IMG/VR virus record: IMGVR_UViG_3300044694_000082
Location: 40,345-104,344 of that record
Strand: one strand, 5' to 3'
Length of the DNA stretch: 64,000 nucleotides
DNA from: a virus
Lineage: Duplodnaviria; Caudoviricetes
Of the stretch, positions 31,871 through 41,359 are shown piece after piece. The number at the start of each line of letters is the position of its first letter. Position 1 is the stretch's first letter. The notes under the pieces are model-generated. The model ran no database searches, was not told where the DNA came from, and saw nothing but the letters and a program-made list of their open reading frames with translations. The position numbers and the translations under genes are program-made.

Positions 31871-32895
31871 ATCAGCCCCTCCGTCACGCTGGCCTGGTCC
31901 TCCGGCCGGTTGTACAGGTGTACTTGAGTGCCTTTCAGTGACCACCCACCGTGGCGGGCGATCTCGGTCGTGGGCTTACGGGCCCGGAATGCCATGGTTG
32001 CCCCGGATGCGCGGGTGGAGTGAGCACGATACCGGCGCCCGGACGGCGCCGAGAGGCCCGCGGCCAAAGCCGCATTCTTGACAACCCGCCCCAGCCACGC
32101 CCCGTCCATCCGGTAGGGCAGCACCTTGTGCGTCACACCGGTACTGACCAGGCGACGGAACAGGGGCCCCTCGAACTGCCCCCGCGTCTCCAGGGTATCG
32201 ACCCACAGCCGCAGAGCGGAGACCGCGTCGGACAGAGGATGCGAGCCGGGGTCGATCACCAGGTGACGGCCCCGTGCCCGCTGGTCCTCCTTGGACTTCG
32301 CGATGTAGAGGACGACCTTGCCGCGGGTGAAGCGGACGTCGCCGCAGTCCAGGCCCACCAGTTGGGAGCGCCGGGCGAACGCGCCGGTCGCCACCAGCAG
32401 CGCGGCCCGGTCCCGGATACCGAGGACATCGTGGCCGATGGTCGCGGACATCCGCCGCAGCTCGTCGATGGTGTAGGTGGCTGCCTCGTCGCGCCGCCAG
32501 CCTGCCTCGACCAGCTGCCTGCGGTACGCTCCGACCACCCGCCACGCGTCGTCCCGGTTGGGCATGTGCTTCTTGGGCACGTCGTACTGGTCCTGGAAGA
32601 ACACCACCGCGGACAGGCCCTGTTCGATGATGGACAGCGAGTGCCCGAGGTCGCACCGCTCGGCGATCCAGTTGGTCAGGTCGTCGGAGGAGACAGGCAC
32701 CGGCCGCACACCGTTGTCCAGACACCACGTCAGGAACTTGCGCCACTCGCGCTTGTAGGCCTTGAAGGTCTCCACCGGTACGGACTCGCGCAAGCGACGC
32801 GCCGCGGACTCTGACAGATTCCTCCGCCGGGGCGGCTGCGGCGTCGGGAGAAGATCATTTACAGCGTTCGTCCACTCGAAGTTGACGAGAGTCAT
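31867..32895 (-). CDS. Tyrosine recombinase, Cre-like
   Basis: RDRA...ARRSQL (R), SKEDQ (K), HSTR (HxxR), HGGW (W), terminal Y; SAM-like N-domain; no obvious arm-binding domain. Confidence 0.9.
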   Translation of the reverse strand: MTLVNFEWTNAVNDLLPTPQPPRRRNLSESAARRLRESVPVETFKAYKREWRKFLTWCLDNGVRPVPVSSDDLTNWIAERCDLGHSLSIIEQGLSAVVFFQDQYDVPKKHMPNRDDAWRVVGAYRRQLVEAGWRRDEAATYTIDELRRMSATIGHDVLGIRDRAALLVATGAFARRSQLVGLDCGDVRFTRGKVVLYIAKSKEDQRARGRHLVIDPGSHPLSDAVSALRLWVDTLETRGQFEGPLFRRLVSTGVTHKVLPYRMDGAWLGRVVKNAALAAGLSAPSGRRYRAHSTRASGATMAFRARKPTTEIARHGGWSLKGTQVHLYNRPEDQASVTEGLM

Positions 32896-33163
32896 AGTAA
32901 GGCATCTTACAACCACTCCCGTCAAAGGCGAGTTGACATTTCGAAGATCGTTTCAGCTGGAGTACCGGGATCATCGCCCTCGTCGGCTGGCGTCGCTGAG
33001 CCCAGACATACGAGCGCCCCGCCTTGCGGTCACCATGTGCCTGGACGGCTGGCTCCTACGACGGGGCGCTCTGGATGAACCAGGCTCAGGGGCCCGGCAA
33101 CGCCTAGGACCCGAAGGTCCCGACGTGCGCAGTATCCCACACCACCATGCAAAGGGATTCCCC

Positions 33164-33871
33164 ATGTTCGTCGCCGTCCAGAACCACTCGACCCGCGTGA
33201 GCGATGCCGATGTCTCCCTGATGGTCCGTGCCGTCGCGCACCAGGTCCGCTACGACGTCGCCCCGGCGTGGGGCTCGAAGACGGCGGCCGTGGTGTTCGT
33301 GCCGGTGGGTTCGGCTGTCCCGGCAGGATCCTACGTGATCACTGTCTACGACGACGCCGACCAGGCCGATGCGCTCGGGTATCACACCGAGGACGAGAAC
33401 GGCACGATCTACGGCAAGGTCTTCGTCTCGCCGGTCCTGGACAACGGCGGCACGGTCAGTGTCGGTGAGCTGTCCGTCTCCGCGGTCCTCTCCCATGAGG
33501 TGCTGGAGACGTTCGCCGACCCGCACGTGCAGCTGTGGTCCTCCGACGGCACGGACGGTTTGTACGCGTATGAGATCTGCGATGCGGTCGAGGACGGCGC
33601 CTATGCCGTGCACATCGCGGGCAAGCGGGTCTCGGTGTCGAACTTCGTGCTGCCCGCCTGGTTCGACAGCCAGACTCCGGCTGGTGAGCGTGTGGACTTC
33701 CTGGGCCAGCTGTCGCGGCCTTTCGAGATCTCCCAGGGCGGGTACGCCGTGAAGATCACGCTGGGCAAGGACACGAAGGTGGATCAGGTATTCGGCGAGC
33801 GTTTCCCGGAGTGGAAGAAGGCGTCGAAGCGGCACCCGCTGGCGCGTTTCTCGCGCCGTCATTCTTTCTGA
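33164..33871 (+). CDS. Putative zincin-like metallopeptidase-fold protein
   Basis: ALGYH...SHEVLE...EICD pattern. Confidence 0.6.
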   Translation: MFVAVQNHSTRVSDADVSLMVRAVAHQVRYDVAPAWGSKTAAVVFVPVGSAVPAGSYVITVYDDADQADALGYHTEDENGTIYGKVFVSPVLDNGGTVSVGELSVSAVLSHEVLETFADPHVQLWSSDGTDGLYAYEICDAVEDGAYAVHIAGKRVSVSNFVLPAWFDSQTPAGERVDFLGQLSRPFEISQGGYAVKITLGKDTKVDQVFGERFPEWKKASKRHPLARFSRRHSF

Positions 33872-33876
33872 TGCTC

Positions 33877-33947
33877 GGGAGCTTGGTGTAGCGGGAACAC
33901 GGTCCTCTCCAAAGGGACAGTCAGGGGTTCGATTCCTCTAGCTCCCG
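33877..33947 (+). tRNA. tRNA-Trp (CCA)
   Basis: Acceptor stem GGGAGCT/AGCTCCC; anticodon loop CT-CCA-AA; T-loop TTCGATT; G discriminator; CCA end not fully encoded. Confidence 0.9.
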
Positions 33948-34286
33948 CCCACTCGTCTTCCCTGACGTGCCAGACGGGCTTTTCTGTACAGCTCCAGCAG
34001 GCGCGCACGTGACGCTTCTCGCGCGGCTCGTTGGGTCTCGGAGTTCCACCAGTCCGATGCTGTCCCGTGTTTCGGGCATTCCGGGTTCCAGTTGAGTGCA
34101 CCGCCGATGGACAGGCGCTGGCACGCGCAGTTTGCCACGAAGCAGCGCTTCAGGTGCTGTTCCAGTCCGCGACGGACGTACTGCTCGCAGTGCGGGCATT
34201 CCGGATTCCGTCGTCTTTTTGAGGCTTTGCGGCATTTACCCATGGCGCTGGCCTTTCTCTGTGAACTCTCACAAAGGACATCATCC

Positions 34287-34556
34287 ATGAGTTTCCACAT
34301 TCATGCGGCAGGCCGTGTGGCTGACGCCGTCGAGCAGGTCAAGAACATCCAGTGGGTTCCTGAGAATCCGCAGGCCGAGCGGACGCGGGACTTCGTTCTG
34401 GCGCAGCTGGAGGCGTGGCCGGTGCATGCGAACTCGCCGAAGGGTGTGCTCGTGGAGGCGTCGGGTCACCAGGATTCGTTCAGCCAGAACCTGACGCTGA
34501 CGATCCGGCCGCTGTACATCCAGGAGCCGCGGCAGGAAGCCGAGGGCGATGCCTGA
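34287..34556 (+). CDS. Hypothetical protein
   Basis: AAAGGA RBS. Confidence 0.7.
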   Translation: MSFHIHAAGRVADAVEQVKNIQWVPENPQAERTRDFVLAQLEAWPVHANSPKGVLVEASGHQDSFSQNLTLTIRPLYIQEPRQEAEGDA

Positions 34557-34765
34557 TGTCTTCTCCGTGCGATTCCATGATGCGGTATTTCGAGTTCTCG
34601 CATCTGCCCGCCAAGCTTCAGCAGGTGTCGCGGCACTTCTACACGGTGGCCGATCTGGTGCGGAACACCGTGCCGGACGGGCCGGAGAAGACGGTGTGCC
34701 TGCGGAAGTTGCTGGAGGCGAAGGACGCGGCGGTGCGGGCGGCGCTGGATCTTCCGGATCTGTGA
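34556..34765 (+). CDS. Small helical-hairpin protein, Acb2/Tad1-like
   Basis: YFEFSHLP..LQ.VS..F...A...PDGPEKTVCLRKLLEAKDAAVRA. Confidence 0.6.
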   Translation: MSSPCDSMMRYFEFSHLPAKLQQVSRHFYTVADLVRNTVPDGPEKTVCLRKLLEAKDAAVRAALDLPDL

Positions 34766-35133
34766 TGCTTGCGTGCTACCGGGTGGTGGCGCCGCGGATG
34801 AATGAGATGGCGACGTGGCTGACGTGCAATGACGTCGAGCCGAACCTGGTGCCGTACCGGTCGGATGTGTTCGTGGAGTCGGCGGACGGCGAGAAGTGGA
34901 TCATCCGTCACCAGGTGTATGTGCGTACCGAGTTGGGGGCGCTGACGTATGACGCGGCGTCGCGGGAGTACGTGTGTGAGGAGCGGGTGGTCCCACTGCT
35001 GAATGATCCGCCGATGTGGTGGCTTGAGGAAGCCGCCCCGACGGGTGGCGGGGCGGCTCCTGCCGGGCCCACCGGAGCGGAGGCTGCGGTGAGTGAGGAA
35101 ACCGTAGCAGAGAGTGCTCCTGATTGTGACTGA
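34765..35133 (+). CDS. Hypothetical protein
   Basis: TGATG coupling. Confidence 0.55.
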   Translation: MLACYRVVAPRMNEMATWLTCNDVEPNLVPYRSDVFVESADGEKWIIRHQVYVRTELGALTYDAASREYVCEERVVPLLNDPPMWWLEEAAPTGGGAAPAGPTGAEAAVSEETVAESAPDCD

Positions 35134-35170
35134 CGCGCCGAGCCGTTGATTCTCATCCGGCCGCGCGGGC

Positions 35171-35200
35171 GGGCGTCTTCGAAACGAAGGCGCCCTTCTT
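35171..35200 (+). terminator. Intrinsic terminator
   Basis: GGGCGTCTTCG-AAA-CGAAGGCGCCC-TTCTT. Confidence 0.65.
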
Positions 35201-35240
35201 CATATCCCTAAGGAACATCAGCATGGCGAGGACGACAACC

Positions 35241-35471
35241 GTGACCTACACCCCTGCGTCGGTGGTGCTTCCGGAGTGGGAGTACACCGTGCACCTGTTC
35301 CCGGTAAGCGATCTGCGCGTGGAGCCGGTGGATGACATCGTGGCCGCGTACTTCCAGGAGCAGGGCTCGATGATCCTGTTCAAGGACGCCGAGCACACCG
35401 TCGTGCGTGCCTTCCAGGCGTCGTCAATACTGCAGATCGTGCGCGGGGACGATCCCGTTGACGACGAGTGA
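35241..35471 (+). CDS. Hypothetical protein
   Basis: GAGGA RBS; overlaps the TerL start. Confidence 0.6.
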   Translation: MTYTPASVVLPEWEYTVHLFPVSDLRVEPVDDIVAAYFQEQGSMILFKDAEHTVVRAFQASSILQIVRGDDPVDDE

Positions 35472-36966
35472 CGATTTCGACCTGGAGTACCTGAAGGGTC
35501 AGGTCGAGGCGCTGGTCCGGACCGGGGACACCAAGCGGCTGAAGCTGGTGCATGCGCAGCTGAAGGCGGCGGTGGACCGCAAGCAGGCCGCGGACCGTAC
35601 GGCGCGGTGGGCGAAGGATCCTGCCTCGTGGGTGCGGGACCGGCTGGGTCAGACGGTGTGGTCCAAGCAGGCCGAGATCATGGAGTCAGTGCGGGACCAC
35701 CGCAAGACCGCCGTCCGCTCCTGCCATGGTGCGGGCAAGTCGCATGTGGCGTCGCTGGTGGTGTCGTGGTGGCTGGACGCGCACCCGCCGGGCGAGGCCT
35801 TCGTGGTGACGACGGCGCCGACGACAGCGCAGGTCCGCGCGATCCTATGGCGCTACATCCGGCGCATGCACAAGTCGGCGAGTCTGCCGGGGCGTGTGAA
35901 TCAGGTTGAGTGGCTGATCGACGAGGAACTCGTCGCGTTCGGCCGCAAGCCCGCGGATGCGGACGAGTCCGCTTTCCAGGGTATTCACGCGCCGTATGTG
36001 CTGGCCGTTCTGGACGAGGCGTGCGGCATCCCGGAGTCGCTGTGGATCGGCGCCGAGGCCATCACGACCGGTCCCTGGTGCCGGATCCTGGCGATCGGCA
36101 ACCCCGACAACGCGGCCACGCACTTCTTCAAGGTCTCCCAGCCGGGCTCCGGCTGGAACTCGGTACGCATCTCCGCCTACGACACACCCAACTTCACCGG
36201 CGAGAAGGTGCCCGAGGTGGTGGCCGCCTCCCTCATCTCCAAGGAGTGGGCGGAGGAAAAGAAGCAGGAGTGGGGCACCGAGAACGCCCTGTACCGCTCC
36301 AAGGTCGAGGGTGAGTTCACCCTGGACTCTGCAGACACCGTCGTGCGGTCCACGGACGTGGCGACCTGCCGCCTGGACACCGAGGCCAAGTACTCCCCCG
36401 TCGACCTTTCCCCCGTGGAGCTGGGCGTTGACGTCGGCGGGGGCCTGGACGAGACCGTCATCCGTGAGCGGTGCGGGATCCTCGCCGGGCGCGAGTGGCG
36501 CATCCGCACCGACCGGCCCGAGAAGATCGCACCCTTGGTGCTGCGGGCGATACGCGAGTCCGGCGCCACCACCGTGAAGATCGACTCGATCGGTGTGGGC
36601 TTCGGCGTCATCGGTGAACTGCGCAACGCCGCCTCCCGGGGCGAGCACAACGCGCGGATCATCGGCGTCAACGTCTCCGAGAACCCACGGGACAAGAAGA
36701 AGTTCGCCAACCTCCGCGCGGAGATGTGGTGGACGATCGGCCGCGAGCTGTCCGCCAGCGGTGGCTGGGACCTGTCCCGCATGGACAACGGCGACGTCAC
36801 CTGCGCGCAGCTGCTGCAGCCGCGGTGGGACCTGGATACCAAGGGCCGCATCCTCGTCGAGCCCAAGGACAAGATCCGTGACCGGATCGGCCGCTCCCCG
36901 GACAACGCCGATGCGTTGCTGCTGGCCTACTTCACCGGGGCCAAGCCCCGGATGCGTTTCCTGTAA
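35458..36966 (+). CDS. terL: Terminase large subunit
   Basis: Walker A VRSCHGAGKS, Walker B VLDEA, nuclease LGVDVG...D and SPDNADA. Confidence 0.95.
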   Translation: MTTSDDFDLEYLKGQVEALVRTGDTKRLKLVHAQLKAAVDRKQAADRTARWAKDPASWVRDRLGQTVWSKQAEIMESVRDHRKTAVRSCHGAGKSHVASLVVSWWLDAHPPGEAFVVTTAPTTAQVRAILWRYIRRMHKSASLPGRVNQVEWLIDEELVAFGRKPADADESAFQGIHAPYVLAVLDEACGIPESLWIGAEAITTGPWCRILAIGNPDNAATHFFKVSQPGSGWNSVRISAYDTPNFTGEKVPEVVAASLISKEWAEEKKQEWGTENALYRSKVEGEFTLDSADTVVRSTDVATCRLDTEAKYSPVDLSPVELGVDVGGGLDETVIRERCGILAGREWRIRTDRPEKIAPLVLRAIRESGATTVKIDSIGVGFGVIGELRNAASRGEHNARIIGVNVSENPRDKKKFANLRAEMWWTIGRELSASGGWDLSRMDNGDVTCAQLLQPRWDLDTKGRILVEPKDKIRDRIGRSPDNADALLLAYFTGAKPRMRFL

Positions 36967-36993
36967 CCACCATCATCAAGCACAGGGACCACG

Positions 36994-37236
36994 ATGAACT
37001 ACCAGAAGACCGATGCACCTCCGTCACGAACGACGGTGCGACCGGCCGCTGTGCCGTCGCCGTCGATCATGGGCAGGCTGATCGTGCTGGCGATGGAGAT
37101 CCCGCCCGCCACCTACATCGCCGTCACCGGTCACGCGCCGGTGTGGGCGAGGCTGTGGCTGGGCGTGTTCCTCTCGACGTGGCTGCTGGCCACTGTCGTC
37201 CAGGCGGCGAAGGCCCAGCAGGGAGGCTCTCGGTGA
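36994..37236 (+). CDS. Membrane protein
   Basis: Two hydrophobic segments. Confidence 0.55.
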   Translation: MNYQKTDAPPSRTTVRPAAVPSPSIMGRLIVLAMEIPPATYIAVTGHAPVWARLWLGVFLSTWLLATVVQAAKAQQGGSR

Positions 37237-37508
37237 GCGAGGAGACCTTCGTCATCCCCTGCAAGCCGCGTACCGTGCGCCAGGTCGCCGAGTGCGTGGA
37301 CCCCGGGGACCATCACGCCAAGCACCGGAAGCTGACCGATCTGTGGCACTTCTCGTGCAACTGCGGCTACTCCAGCGGCTGGCGCCCCGAGGACGAACTG
37401 CCGATGTCATCGACCGACTTCATCATGCTGCACCTGCCCGACCGGGACTTCCTGGAGCGGGAGAGGATACAGACGCTGATGGAACTGGGGTGCACGTGCC
37501 ATGAATGA
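37233..37508 (+). CDS. Hypothetical protein
   Basis: GTGA coupling; CNCG. Confidence 0.55.
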   Translation: MSEETFVIPCKPRTVRQVAECVDPGDHHAKHRKLTDLWHFSCNCGYSSGWRPEDELPMSSTDFIMLHLPDRDFLERERIQTLMELGCTCHE

Positions 37509-37698
37509 CAACACCACCAACCGCACCCTGCTGCCGAAGCTGTCGCCGAAGGCGCTGTCGTCACTCGGTGCCGGAGTCTTCGCCCTGGCCGCCGTAGCGC
37601 TGATCGCCCTGGGCGTCGGCCTGATCTACATCCCGGCCGGTGTCATCGTCGCCGGGCTCGGGCTGCTCGCCTTGCAGTACCAGTTCTTCGCGGGCTGA
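37501..37698 (+). CDS. Small two-TM protein preceding the portal
   Basis: Hydrophobic; position typical of pre-portal membrane proteins. Confidence 0.65.
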   Translation: MNDNTTNRTLLPKLSPKALSSLGAGVFALAAVALIALGVGLIYIPAGVIVAGLGLLALQYQFFAG

Positions 37699-37998
37699 TT
37701 CGCCCCGCATGCGCTGGATACCGCGGCGGCTGGACGACTCCATCCATTCCCGGGTGGCTTCCAGGTTCGGGTCGGCGCCGATCTGGTCGAGGTCGACTTC
37801 CAGGTCCTTCACGGTGAGCCGCATGTGGCCGCCGATGGCCTGAAGGTATTTGACCAGGGTGTCATAGCGGACGGCCGGGTACTTGGCCTCGATCTGGTTG
37901 ACGCGCTTCTTGGTCACGCTCATGTGCTCGGCGACCTGTACTTGCGTCATGCCCGCGGCACGCCTGAGGTCGGACAGCAGGTAGGTGCGTTCGGTCAT
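37561..37998 (-). CDS. XRE-family HTH protein (HigA-like)
   Basis: LSDLRRAAGMTQVQVAEHMSVTKKRVNQIE...TLVKYLQAIGG. Confidence 0.8.
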   Translation of the reverse strand: MTERTYLLSDLRRAAGMTQVQVAEHMSVTKKRVNQIEAKYPAVRYDTLVKYLQAIGGHMRLTVKDLEVDLDQIGADPNLEATREWMESSSRRGIQRMRGESAREELVLQGEQPEPGDDDTGRDVDQADAQGDQRYGGQGEDSGTE

Positions 37999-38169
37999 GG
38001 CGCCGCCTGGGGTGAGCGTGATGGTCAACGTCGTGCTCCTCTTCCTGGTGATCGCTTCCATTATGCGTCACCGATTGCTGCCCGCCCTCCCCCCGGGATC
38101 GGCGGGTTTTTCCTTTGAATTGAAGACGCCCGTCGGGGCGGCTCTTACGAATTGAAGACGGAGGGTCCT

Positions 38170-39558
38170 GTGGCGCGCACACTCCTGGGATCCGTCATCA
38201 ATCGCAGCCCCGTGCCCTACGTTCCGAGTGGTGCGGGCAAGCGGACCTGGCTGCCGTCCACGGCCAACCCGGGCGGTATGGGCGCCCAGATGGATGCGCT
38301 GGGCCGGGTCGGCACGCTGTTCTCGATCGTGGACCGGATCGTCACCGCGTACTCGCAGGTCGAGTGGCGGCTGTACCGGGTCCCCAAGGACGGGCGGCGC
38401 CGGTACGAGCCGGGTACCTCCAACGCCCTGGACGGGCGGGTCGAGGTCACCAAGCATCCCGCGCTGGACGTGTGGAAGCGGCCGAACCCGTTCTTCATGG
38501 GCACCGCCTTTCGTGAGTCGGCGCAGCAGCACGAGGAACTGGTCGGCGAGCAGTACTGGGTCGTCAACAAGAACGCCTACGGCATTCCGACCGAGCTGTG
38601 GTTCGTGCGGCCGGACCGCATGGAGCCGGTCCCCGACGCCGAGAATTTCCTCGCCGGATGGATCTACCGAGGGCCCGCGGGCGAAGTGGTGCCGCTGCGG
38701 GTCGACCAGGTCATCTACCTGCGCCGCCCGCACCCCAAGGACCCCTACCGGGGCATGGGCGCGGTGCAGGCCATCATGGGCGACCTCGACGCCCGGTATC
38801 TGTCCAGCGAGTACAACCGGAACTTCTTCCTGAATTCGGCGACGCCGGGCGGTGTCATCGAGTCCGACAACAACATTTCGGACGAGGACTTCAACCAGTT
38901 CCAGGCGCGCTGGGCGGAGGCCCACAAGGGCGTCACCAATGCGCACCGGGTGGCCATCCTCGAAGCCGGAATGCGCTGGGTCGACCGCAAATACACGATG
39001 GACGACATGCAGTTCGTGGAACTGCAGGAAGCCTCCCGCGAAACCATTCGCGAAGCATTCGGATTCCCGAAAGCCATGACCGGCGCCACCGACGACGTGA
39101 ACAAGGCCAACGCCTACGCGGGCGAAGTCATGTTCGCGAGATGGATGACGAAGCCGCGTCTGCTGCGGGTCAAGGAAGCCCTGAACTGCATCTACCTGCC
39201 CATGTTCGGCCCGGCCGCCGCGAACCTGGAATTCGACTTCGTCAACCCCGTTCCCGAGGACGACGAGATCTCCGCCCAGGTGCTGTTCAACAAGGCGCAG
39301 GCCCTCAAGTTCATGGCGGACACCGGCCTGTTCGAGGCGAAGGACATGGTCGAGGCCTGCGGGCTGCCGCCCATGACGGAACTGCCCGAGCCGCGCACCG
39401 CCGCGCCCGGGGCCGGAGCACCGCTGCCGGAGCACCCCCAGAGCCCGGAGCACGACGAGGACGAGAACGCGCCCGTCCACCCCGATCAGAAGCCGCAGCT
39501 GAAGCCGCCACCACCCACCGGCTGGCACAGCCCCGCCGACGACTGGCTTCACACCTGA
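38170..39558 (+). CDS. Portal protein (HK97 family)
   Basis: RPNP, ELWFVRPDRM, FFLNSATPGG, DMQFVE...IREAFG motifs; position. Confidence 0.95.
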   Translation: MARTLLGSVINRSPVPYVPSGAGKRTWLPSTANPGGMGAQMDALGRVGTLFSIVDRIVTAYSQVEWRLYRVPKDGRRRYEPGTSNALDGRVEVTKHPALDVWKRPNPFFMGTAFRESAQQHEELVGEQYWVVNKNAYGIPTELWFVRPDRMEPVPDAENFLAGWIYRGPAGEVVPLRVDQVIYLRRPHPKDPYRGMGAVQAIMGDLDARYLSSEYNRNFFLNSATPGGVIESDNNISDEDFNQFQARWAEAHKGVTNAHRVAILEAGMRWVDRKYTMDDMQFVELQEASRETIREAFGFPKAMTGATDDVNKANAYAGEVMFARWMTKPRLLRVKEALNCIYLPMFGPAAANLEFDFVNPVPEDDEISAQVLFNKAQALKFMADTGLFEAKDMVEACGLPPMTELPEPRTAAPGAGAPLPEHPQSPEHDEDENAPVHPDQKPQLKPPPPTGWHSPADDWLHT

Positions 39559-39580
39559 ACTGCCGCCGAGGAGGCGACCC

Positions 39581-41359
39581 ATGCCATTCATTGAGCTGGT
39601 GGCGCAGCGCCGCTCTCCGGGACCCCCGGCAGGCCTGCAGCCCCCGGAGAACGCCCAGGACTGGTACCGCATCGACAACGCCGTGGAGGACGAGGACACC
39701 ACCGACGTCCACGTCTACTCCAGCATCGGTGGCTGGTTCGGCATGTATGCGGACGAGTTCATCGAGGACATCAAGCAGATCACCACGTCCAAGATGAACA
39801 TCCGGCTGAACTCCCCTGGCGGCAGCGTTTTTGAGGGTATTGCCATCGCCAACGCGATCCGCAACCACCCCGCGACCGTCACCGTCTACGTCGACTCGCT
39901 GGCCGCGTCCATCGCCTCCGTCATCGCCATGGCGGGCGACCGCCTCGTGATGATGCCGCAGTCGCAGATCATGGTCCACAACGCCTCCGGAGCCTGCTAC
40001 GGCGACGCCTCCGAGATGACGAAGATGGCCGACCTGCTCGACAAGCAGAGCCTGAACATCGCACAGGCCTACGCCGAGCACTCCGGGCGTCCGCTCGCCG
40101 AGTGGCAGCAGTACATGGACGCCGAGACCTGGTTCACCGCCGAAGAGGCCGTCGCCGTCGGCCTTGCCGACGAGGCGATGCCGATGAAGCCGAAGAAGAC
40201 CGAGGACGCCGACGACGCGGTCCTCGCCACCACCGCGGCGGCGCGGACGTGGGACCTGTCGATGTACCACTACGCGGGCCGCGAGAAGGCACCCGCACCG
40301 CGCATCACTGTCCCCGCAGCGCCCTTCACGGCGGGCGGCATTCTCACCGCCAGCATGCTCCGCGGACTGAAGAAGCCCGTCGTCAACGGAGTGCTGCGGC
40401 AGTTCGACGAAGGCGACCGCGTGGCCGCCATCGTCAAGCACGAACCCGAGCACGACCAGGGCACCATCGCCGTCGTCAACGGCAACGCCTACGGCGTCAT
40501 CTGGGACAAGCCCGATGACGACACCGTCGAGAACGACACCGACGTCTACCGCTGGTACACCGACGACGAACTGCAGTGGCTCGGCGGCGGCGAAGACCAC
40601 GACCCCGACGAGGCGAAGAACTCCGAGCCCACCCGCGAAACGGTCAAGCCCGGCATCTCCCACCCCAAGGGCGTCCCCCTGCCCCCGCACGCTGCAGCAG
40701 ACCCCGTCGTGGTCTTCAACGGCTACAGCTCGGACCTGGTCCGCATGATCCAGGACGCCATCCGCGCCGAACTCGTGGTCGAAGGCACCGCCTGCCCCTC
40801 GCACTCCACCGCCGTCAAGGACGGCACCTGGGACGCAGGAGCCAACGAGGGCCACCTGCCCTCCCCGGTGCCGCTGACCGACGTCAAGAAGACCTACGCC
40901 TACTACGACGAGAGCCAGGTCGCCGACGGCGCGGTGCCCAAGAGCGCCGCCAAGTTGCCGCACCACTTCGTCTCCGCCGACGGCACCCCCGGCGCCGCAT
41001 CCATCAACGGCGTCCGCAACGCCCTGGCCCGTCTCCCACAGACCAAGGGCCTGTCCGACGAAGAGCGCAGCGCCGCAGAAGCGCACCTGCGCAAGCACCT
41101 TGACGCCTACTCAGGCGACAGCGAAGACGAGGACCACGTGCACGAGGAAATCGACGACGCCTCAAAGACTTCACCGCCCCCGGACGAAAACGAGCCGGAC
41201 ACGGATGAGGACCCGGACGCCGAGCCGGACGAGGACGAAGACGAGCCCGACGACAAGGCCAAGGCGCCGGTCGACGAATGGGCCGGTGTCGTCAGCTCTC
41301 TCACCACACCGTCGCCCAGCGCGGACGACGTGTTCAACAGCCTGAAGGAGGCTTGGTAA
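39581..41359 (+). CDS. ClpP-like head maturation protease with extra C-terminal domains
   Basis: NSPGGSV, LAASIAS, IMVHN, ETWFTAEEAV..GLAD. Confidence 0.93.
   Translation: MPFIELVAQRRSPGPPAGLQPPENAQDWYRIDNAVEDEDTTDVHVYSSIGGWFGMYADEFIEDIKQITTSKMNIRLNSPGGSVFEGIAIANAIRNHPATVTVYVDSLAASIASVIAMAGDRLVMMPQSQIMVHNASGACYGDASEMTKMADLLDKQSLNIAQAYAEHSGRPLAEWQQYMDAETWFTAEEAVAVGLADEAMPMKPKKTEDADDAVLATTAAARTWDLSMYHYAGREKAPAPRITVPAAPFTAGGILTASMLRGLKKPVVNGVLRQFDEGDRVAAIVKHEPEHDQGTIAVVNGNAYGVIWDKPDDDTVENDTDVYRWYTDDELQWLGGGEDHDPDEAKNSEPTRETVKPGISHPKGVPLPPHAAADPVVVFNGYSSDLVRMIQDAIRAELVVEGTACPSHSTAVKDGTWDAGANEGHLPSPVPLTDVKKTYAYYDESQVADGAVPKSAAKLPHHFVSADGTPGAASINGVRNALARLPQTKGLSDEERSAAEAHLRKHLDAYSGDSEDEDHVHEEIDDASKTSPPPDENEPDTDEDPDAEPDEDEDEPDDKAKAPVDEWAGVVSSLTTPSPSADDVFNSLKEAW

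Noticed and set aside
32981-33125. Self-cleaving ribozyme (hammerhead or HDV-like)
   Set aside because: I could not place the conserved catalytic cores.
33877-33947. tRNA as an attP/attL integration junction
   Set aside because: Phage genes lie on both sides, I saw no duplicated tRNA fragment, and the nearby recombinase looks Cre-like.
33938-34300. Minus-strand ORFs downstream of the tRNA
   Set aside because: They overlap the tRNA end and each other, with no clear RBS or motif; left uncalled.
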